IMG/VR virus record: IMGVR_UViG_3300032046_000017
Origin: an uncultured virus (IMG/VR IMGVR_UViG_3300032046_000017)
Lineage: Duplodnaviria > Heunggongvirae > Uroviricota > Caudoviricetes
DNA length: 20,000 nt
Reading direction: 5' to 3' (one strand)
Under the pieces are notes generated by a model. The model searched no databases. It was not told the origin of the DNA and saw only the letters and a program-made list of their open reading frames with translations. Made by a program: the position numbers and the translations under genes. This document shows, piece by piece, positions 14,833-20,000 of the stretch (position 1 is the first letter of the stretch; every line of letters begins with the position of its first letter).

Positions 14833-15804
14833 TCACAAACTGTACTGCTGGGCAATATGCCTAACAGTGGCCGCGAAGCCTTCTTCCAATCCGGTTTTAG
14901 GACTCCAACCTGTTAGATTGCGGAAAGTGCTGTCATCTACCTTGTAACACTTGTCATGGCCCGGCCTGTCTTGGACAAATTCCAGTACCATATCTTTGCC
15001 GGAATACTTATGAACGGCTTTGGCTAATACATTTAGTACCTTCAGGTTGGTCATAAAGTGGTCGCCACCAATCATATAGTTGCCGTTGCCAAGCTTAATT
15101 ACTTCCATTAGGGCTGACACATGGTCATCGACGAAAAGCCACTGCCTAAACTGGTCGCCCTCACCATAAACTGGCACCGGCAAGGAGTCAATAAGAGTGT
15201 TGGCAATAGCCTTTGGCAAAAGCTTTTCGTGATGCTGCCAAGGCCCATAATTATTACAGCAGTTAGTAATAGAGATTGGCAACCCGTAGGTGTGCCTAAA
15301 CGAACTGGCTATGTGGTCAGAGCCTGCCTTGCTGGCAGCATACGGGCTTCTTGGGTCGTACCTAGTATTTTCGTTAAACCCAGCCTGGTCTGGTGTCGTT
15401 TCCCCAAAGACCTCGTCCGTGGAGACATGAACAAACCTTGCGCGGTGCTTCTCATCGGCGTCCAGTAGCCTGTAATAAGCTCTGAATACCTCTAACATCG
15501 TCCAGGTACCGATGACATTGGTGTCGAAAAAGACACCGGCTGCCTTGATGGAGTTGTCAACATGAGACTCGGCTGCCAAATGAAAAACTACGTCAGGGCG
15601 AAAGGTAGAGAAAGCGCTTTCAACACCGTAGCGATCCACTATTGATACGAAACTAGTTAGTAAATTTTCTTGCGGTGGAACACTGCTAGTATTAGCAGCA
15701 TACGTCAAACTATCTATTATCATAACCTTGTGGCCTAATTGCAAACAGTGTCGTGATAGCGCAGAGCCTATAAATCCAAATCCGCCAGTTATCATTATTT
15801 TCAT
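14833..15804 (-). CDS. rmlB: dTDP-glucose 4,6-dehydratase
   Basis: GGFGFIG Rossmann motif, DSLTYAAN, HLAAESHVDNSI, HVSTDEVFG, PYAASKA, NNYGPWQHHEKL, DRPGHD; AAGGAG RBS. Confidence 0.93.
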   Translation of the reverse strand: MKIMITGGFGFIGSALSRHCLQLGHKVMIIDSLTYAANTSSVPPQENLLTSFVSIVDRYGVESAFSTFRPDVVFHLAAESHVDNSIKAAGVFFDTNVIGTWTMLEVFRAYYRLLDADEKHRARFVHVSTDEVFGETTPDQAGFNENTRYDPRSPYAASKAGSDHIASSFRHTYGLPISITNCCNNYGPWQHHEKLLPKAIANTLIDSLPVPVYGEGDQFRQWLFVDDHVSALMEVIKLGNGNYMIGGDHFMTNLKVLNVLAKAVHKYSGKDMVLEFVQDRPGHDKCYKVDDSTFRNLTGWSPKTGLEEGFAATVRHIAQQYSL

Positions 15805-15859
15805 GTTCGCTCCTTACATTTCTTGGTTATTTTTTAGTAAACACACAGGGAGGTTCTGT

Positions 15860-16096
15860 ATGAAAAAGTTTTTCTTGGCTTTTTTGCTCATGGTAATGTC
15901 CGTGCCAGCAATAGACGCTTCGGCTTTGCCGCTTCTTGGCAACAGAGCCGGTTTGGCGCAGGGCGGCGGACCGTTGGCAAGACTTGGCGGTCTACGGGCA
16001 AGAATTAAGGCCCGCATTCAGGCTCGCAGAGCTGCAAGGGCAGCAGCGGCTGCTGCCGCCGCACCTGCAGCTGCTGCTGCACAGTCGTCCAACTAA
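15860..16096 (+). CDS. Small secreted cationic Arg/Ala/Gly-rich peptide (78-aa precursor)
   Basis: GGGAGG RBS before ATG 15860. Classic signal peptide MKKFFLAFLLMVMSVPAIDASA. Predicted mature part has 8 Arg, 1 Lys and no acidic residues. Confidence 0.75.
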   Translation: MKKFFLAFLLMVMSVPAIDASALPLLGNRAGLAQGGGPLARLGGLRARIKARIQARRAARAAAAAAAAPAAAAAQSSN

Positions 16097-16097
16097 G

Positions 16098-16991
16098 ATG
16101 CTTCGTATGGGGAGGCATATTATCTTATGCCTCCCCACGTTGTATCCAACAGTATCAAAATCCGCAGTACAGGCCTCGTACCGGCTGTCAGCCGCTGATA
16201 AGATTTACGACGACAACGGCAAAACAGAACTACTTCGGGAAGACTTTTCCATTAACTGTAAACAGATCCAACCAGGCATTCTGGCCAAAGCCAGCCAAAC
16301 GACCAACATTGCGTCAGTTTTATACTATGACAATCTGCGAAAACCTGGTAGCAGTTTTTCCATTGGCGCCAGTTATATATCGGTGTTTACTAACAGTCAG
16401 ATAGACTTGGCTGGGCTAGATGCTAATGTATCAGAAGTGGCATCCGATCTTGGTGCAATAGGGTGCTCAGCTTTCAATGTGTCCAACATTAATTATTTTG
16501 GCGACATATCGTTAGGAGTAAGACAGCTCATTCAGTCCGAGCATCTATCCGTTGATTTGGGGGCAAGCGTTCTGGTTCCCCCTAACCAGACAAGGCGGGT
16601 GTTAGAAGAAAAACGCTCCCTTGCCGCGTCCTTCTATTTAGAACCGGCTATAACATACGGCAGGGTTAGCATTAGTACTCCGGCTGAACTGATACTGTCA
16701 ACACAAAATACTAAGCTTGACCACAACATATCAGTAAAACTAAGCCTAAACAGCATAGCACTGACAGATGCCGAAGCTAGTGTGTCCTTTTTGGTTATTA
16801 GGCAAGAGAAGCAGTTTGTTAACACAGTATTCAACGTACTGGTTAGCAGCTATTCAGACTCTGTGGAAGCCAGATTTGACGCCACGTTTGGTTCCGGCCT
16901 AGTCGTTTCCGTGACAGCCGTTGCTGCTATTGCTGGTCGCAATTCTTTAGCAGAGAGGGCGGTTGAGGTATCATTAGGATACCTCAACTGA
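16098..16991 (+). CDS. Probable outer-membrane beta-barrel protein (~297 aa; start uncertain)
   Basis: In-frame ATG 1 nt after the peptide stop. Alternating hydrophobic strands. FGDISLGVRQLI...VDLGASVLVP and C-terminal GRNS...VEVSLGYLN resemble COG4313/MetA-phenol-degradation-type barrels (from memory). Confidence 0.55.
   Translation: MLRMGRHIILCLPTLYPTVSKSAVQASYRLSAADKIYDDNGKTELLREDFSINCKQIQPGILAKASQTTNIASVLYYDNLRKPGSSFSIGASYISVFTNSQIDLAGLDANVSEVASDLGAIGCSAFNVSNINYFGDISLGVRQLIQSEHLSVDLGASVLVPPNQTRRVLEEKRSLAASFYLEPAITYGRVSISTPAELILSTQNTKLDHNISVKLSLNSIALTDAEASVSFLVIRQEKQFVNTVFNVLVSSYSDSVEARFDATFGSGLVVSVTAVAAIAGRNSLAERAVEVSLGYLN
16108..16137. terminator. Perfect 12-bp hairpin just after the peptide gene (terminator, processing or regulatory stem)
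   Basis: TGGGGAGGCATA-ttatct-TATGCCTCCCCA; no strong U-tract follows. Confidence 0.55.
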
Positions 16992-17023
16992 ACCTATAGC
17001 ACTGCTAATACCAAAAACCAAAC

Positions 17024-17596
17024 TCAGATGATATCAAATTCCAGAGCAGACGCCTTCACAAGCGGAGAAGTACCACCGTTGGCACTTTTACGTATCTGCA
17101 ACTCCAACCTTGCATCAGCCGTAGGATTGATTATTGGTACACTGTAGAAACCAGAAACAGTTATTGTCTGGCCACCTAGCACAACATTATTCGTTATGTC
17201 AATTACCTGGATGTCCAGTGTACGGTCACCGAGAATAGCGTCAAAAATTAGCTTACCGTTGCTATAATTGAACCCGCGATTTCTAAGCCAAAGATAGTTA
17301 GCAATAGTCGTGAAGCTAACTGAGGTAGCTGAGTCACCTAATGGTTTTGTTGCCAGCGTAAACGAAATTCTGTCCACACCCTCTATAAAGTTATGAGCAG
17401 CAACTTTGTCGGTAATGTCCTCAGTCGCTGTTGCTACTACTAGTGAGTTATCTTCAATAGAGTTATACACATTGATGTCGTCAGCCCATGCGGAAAATTC
17501 CGAGTGCTGAAGTTCGTAATACTGACCTGGGTCTATCAACTGCCCAACCCAAGACCTGGCTGTTGCTGTATTGTTCTTGACTCTTTTCTGCGCCAT
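17024..17596 (-). CDS. Hypothetical protein, probable virion/tail-associated (190 aa)
   Basis: AGGTG RBS. Beta-rich. The N-terminal KNNT..W.GQ.I.PG.YY...WA.D segment resembles phage structural modules (recall only). Confidence 0.6.
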   Translation of the reverse strand: MAQKRVKNNTATARSWVGQLIDPGQYYELQHSEFSAWADDINVYNSIEDNSLVVATATEDITDKVAAHNFIEGVDRISFTLATKPLGDSATSVSFTTIANYLWLRNRGFNYSNGKLIFDAILGDRTLDIQVIDITNNVVLGGQTITVSGFYSVPIINPTADARLELQIRKSANGGTSPLVKASALEFDII

Positions 17597-17661
17597 GATA
17601 CACCTATGTTACTGGTTGCTGATGACAATAATAGCATCGAAGGTTTTTGGCCTAATACAGT

Positions 17662-17693
17662 TGTTGGGCCTCCACTTCCGCGAAGGCCCAACA
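17662..17693 (-). terminator. 14-bp RNA stem with GGAA tetraloop downstream of the 242-aa gene
   Basis: Minus-strand RNA UGUUGGGCCUUCGC-GGAA-GUGGAGGCCCAACA, including two G:U pairs; no U-tract. Confidence 0.6.
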
Positions 17694-17718
17694 TACCACA
17701 TTGGTTTAATCTAATACG

Positions 17719-18447
17719 TCAAATGAACCGTATACGTACGCCAAGAAATGGAATGGTGGACGAAGGGATACCTATGACGGTAGCGTTCAGCACTGGGCCA
17801 AGGCCACCCTGTGTGATAATGCCGTCATCGCCAAGCGTCAACGCCGTCGTACCAGCATAATTCAAGGAAGCGTCGAACTGGTCAGTCCAAAGCTCGCCAA
17901 ACTCTGCGCCAACTTCGGTTTGGCCAAATTCTGCGCCCAGTCCACGGTTGTTGATAAAGCGCTCGCCGAACAGAGCCTTAGATTGCGCAAGTGTGAGATT
18001 GTGCAAATAAGTGGCTGTGATCTGCTGGCCAGCTTCATCAGCATGGAACTTAAGGAAGCCGTTAGCTAGGTCCACTTTGACTGTATTGTCAGCAGGAGCA
18101 CCAGCAAATGTAGTGTCGATAGCAAGAGCAGCGCCAGTGGAATTAACTACTACGCGCAGGCGGCCAGATACCAAGTTATTGTTGCGCAAGTCAACAATAA
18201 GGGAGGCTGGTGCGGTTGGGACTGTTTGAATTTCAACAGCGGAGGTTTGGTCTGGCTGAGCGTCAGCCAATTTAGAATAACCAACAACGATGTCGGTAGC
18301 GGCTGCTACGGCCTTAACCATAACTTTTTCTACGCCGTCTTCGATGATCTTGACAAGCAATTTGCCTTCTTGCGAAATTGTCAACCCAGTGGCGATCTGA
18401 CGGTTAAGGGACGAAGCTGACCATGTTCTTTTGAGATCGTAAGCCAT
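17719..18447 (-). CDS. Probable virion structural protein (242 aa, head-decoration-like)
   Basis: AAGGA RBS. Ala/Thr/Gly/Val-rich beta composition. Has its own ~108-bp upstream region and a downstream hairpin. Function is inferred, not recognised with certainty. Confidence 0.55.
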   Translation of the reverse strand: MAYDLKRTWSASSLNRQIATGLTISQEGKLLVKIIEDGVEKVMVKAVAAATDIVVGYSKLADAQPDQTSAVEIQTVPTAPASLIVDLRNNNLVSGRLRVVVNSTGAALAIDTTFAGAPADNTVKVDLANGFLKFHADEAGQQITATYLHNLTLAQSKALFGERFINNRGLGAEFGQTEVGAEFGELWTDQFDASLNYAGTTALTLGDDGIITQGGLGPVLNATVIGIPSSTIPFLGVRIRFI

Positions 18448-18555
18448 GTTATATTCCTTTGATTAAATCTCAGCCGCAGTGATAAACTAAGCCTTAGCTT
18501 TGTTACATCGACTGCCACTCTTCTACCAAAGGTAATATGGAAATCACGACTCTTT

Positions 18556-18819
18556 TCACAAAGGAATAATTGAATCCAGTTTAAATTTGCCCAAAACAAT
18601 CTTCTGCCCAGTGAGCTGTTGGACATTCAGAGCCTCTGACTTCATCAGATCAGCAATTACTTCTGACAGTGTTACCAATGGCGTTGATCCCATATACGGA
18701 ATGATTGATGCCACTATTCCATGGTTACCTTTTGCATCTTCAGAAAGATAGGCCCAAATATAGTCAGCTTTCTTAGTATTTGGCGGTACAACATATTCAG
18801 TCATAATACCCAATTTCAT
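18556..18819 (-). CDS. Hypothetical protein (87 aa)
   Basis: ORF track; TAATG overlap with the upstream small ORF. Confidence 0.7.
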   Translation of the reverse strand: MKLGIMTEYVVPPNTKKADYIWAYLSEDAKGNHGIVASIIPYMGSTPLVTLSEVIADLMKSEALNVQQLTGQKIVLGKFKLDSIIPL

Positions 18820-18962
18820 TAAGCAAAAAGGTTTTCAATTTCATCGAGAGCTACTTCAAATTCTGGTGGGCATGGATACATACCGTCCAGTGCGTTTTTG
18901 AAGAAGTTTCCTATAACTTTTTGTTGTTCTTCTTCAATGGCCAAAAGCCGTGCTTCGTCCAT
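18819..18962 (-). CDS. Small hypothetical protein (47 aa), below the ORF-track cutoff
   Basis: AGGAG RBS, then MDEARLLAIEEEQQKVIGNFFKNALDGMYPCPPEFEVALDEIENLFA*. Fills the gap exactly, with its stop overlapping the next ATG. Confidence 0.75.
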   Translation of the reverse strand: MDEARLLAIEEEQQKVIGNFFKNALDGMYPCPPEFEVALDEIENLFA

Positions 18963-18977
18963 GGGCACTCCTAAGAT

Positions 18978-19316
18978 CTAATTCTTGGGCTCGATTACAT
19001 CAGCAATCCAACCTTTAAGCGTCCAATCGCCACGTTCAATACCTCTTTCCACCCAACCGGTGATTACATCGATTAGTTCAGAACGAGAATACTGTCCAAG
19101 CTCTTCATGGTCCATGTCTTCCATGTCGATATCTGCAGCAACGTCATAAATATCCGAGTCCGAGTAGCTGGCATCTTGGAAAGCTTTGCCAAGCGCTTGG
19201 TCCACATCCTCCGGCAATCCAGCTAGAGCGTTCAAAGCATCCTTCTTATTCACCTTACCGGCTCTGACTTCGACACCGGCTTCCACTAAAAAAGTTAAAA
19301 GTTCATTTTTATTCAT
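18978..19316 (-). CDS. Hypothetical acidic protein (112 aa)
   Basis: AAGGAG RBS before ATG 19316 (MNKNELL...); Asp/Glu-rich C-terminal half. Confidence 0.75.
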   Translation of the reverse strand: MNKNELLTFLVEAGVEVRAGKVNKKDALNALAGLPEDVDQALGKAFQDASYSDSDIYDVAADIDMEDMDHEELGQYSRSELIDVITGWVERGIERGDWTLKGWIADVIEPKN

Positions 19317-19370
19317 TACAAACTCCTTACAGAAAGATAGGCCCAAATTCTCACCATAGTCGCTCCCAAA

Positions 19371-19610
19371 TCAGCAGTTTTCTTTGACTAAGTGCAATCT
19401 GGGAACTGCTACTGCCTGCACATGATGAATCAGGGAACCTATTGGTGACATAACAACAGCCGAATAGCCATCAACAACCATCAGCTCCATAGTGAACTCG
19501 CTAGTAAATTCAGGGCAATCGCCATCAATGTTACACAACACGGCCAGATCAACGTCACCGTGACTATTTTCTACTGATTTTAACAACTTTATAGCATGGC
19601 TCAGCTTCAT
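19371..19610 (-). CDS. Hypothetical protein (79 aa)
   Basis: ORF track. GAGGCAGGA upstream. N-terminus MKLSHAIKLLKSVENSHGDVDL is typical of small phage proteins. Confidence 0.7.
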   Translation of the reverse strand: MKLSHAIKLLKSVENSHGDVDLAVLCNIDGDCPEFTSEFTMELMVVDGYSAVVMSPIGSLIHHVQAVAVPRLHLVKENC

Positions 19611-19638
19611 TATTCCTGCCTCTTAGGGTATGTTTAAA

Positions 19639-19911
19639 CTATAACGTCAGGCTGCTGTCCGGCTTATTAATGATATCAAACAACTCCACACGCGCCACTT
19701 TGGCTTGTGCTACCAAGGCCAGCTCCATAAAGCTCCTTTCGTCTAGCCTTAGCACGTTAGCCAGTCTTTTTGCGGTTATCAAGTCAGGGGCCGTCCTACC
19801 GACCTCCATGTCCTTGATTTTAGCTATCGACACCATAACTTTCTTAGCCAGATTTTCTTGTGTGATATTGTTCAGCTTTCTGTTGGTTTTCAATGTGTCA
19901 CTAAACTGCAT
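19639..19911 (-). CDS. XRE/Cro-family helix-turn-helix regulator
   Basis: LKTNRKLNNITQENLAKKVMVSIAKIKDMEVGRTAP...RLANVL matches the HTH_3 pattern; GGAG RBS. Confidence 0.85.
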   Translation of the reverse strand: MQFSDTLKTNRKLNNITQENLAKKVMVSIAKIKDMEVGRTAPDLITAKRLANVLRLDERSFMELALVAQAKVARVELFDIINKPDSSLTL

Positions 19912-20000
19912 TATAACTCCACTTTGATATTCTGTACGCTAGCGCTATTTTAGTAGAAAGGCACTGCTAGCTAATAGGCCATGCTAACGCAAGCCTTTTT

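Noticed and set aside
7646..15846. AAACAC(A/C) upstream of the three + strand units (near 7647, 9165 and 15839) as a phage promoter motif
   Set aside because: The motif is too short and its spacing to the starts varies. The 9165 copy is largely the reverse complement of the opposite gene's RBS region. Genome-wide motif discovery would be needed.
15936..16097. Extended TTG start for the 351-aa ORF, and the 15728 start for the peptide ORF
   Set aside because: These extensions overlap better-supported genes. ATG 15860 has a strong RBS and a signal peptide.
7600..20000. Stop-codon reassignment, as in some large phages
   Set aside because: Genes are full length and densely packed under code 11, and TAA, TAG and TGA all serve as stops.

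Overview
Fragment of a large (probably jumbo or huge) bacteriophage genome in the standard genetic code. The host is probably Gram-negative, judging from a lipoprotein and a beta-barrel-like gene. The left 7.5 kb holds two tandem minus-strand giant collagen-like (Gly-X-Thr/Gly-X-Gln) fibre genes; the left one runs off the window and is absent from the ORF track. The centre has small membrane/lipoprotein genes, an adenosine-deaminase-family gene with altered substrate residues, and a complete phage tmRNA with an atypical T-arm. Next is a family A DNA polymerase with an N-terminal degenerate UDG-like domain and a 316-aa LAGLIDADG intein in motif B that ends in non-canonical Trp-Asp instead of His-Asn, followed by RmlB (dTDP-glucose 4,6-dehydratase). 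The right part has a secreted cationic peptide, a probable outer-membrane barrel, two probable virion proteins, several small hypotheticals and an XRE regulator. All family calls come from motif recognition by eye; no searches were run.
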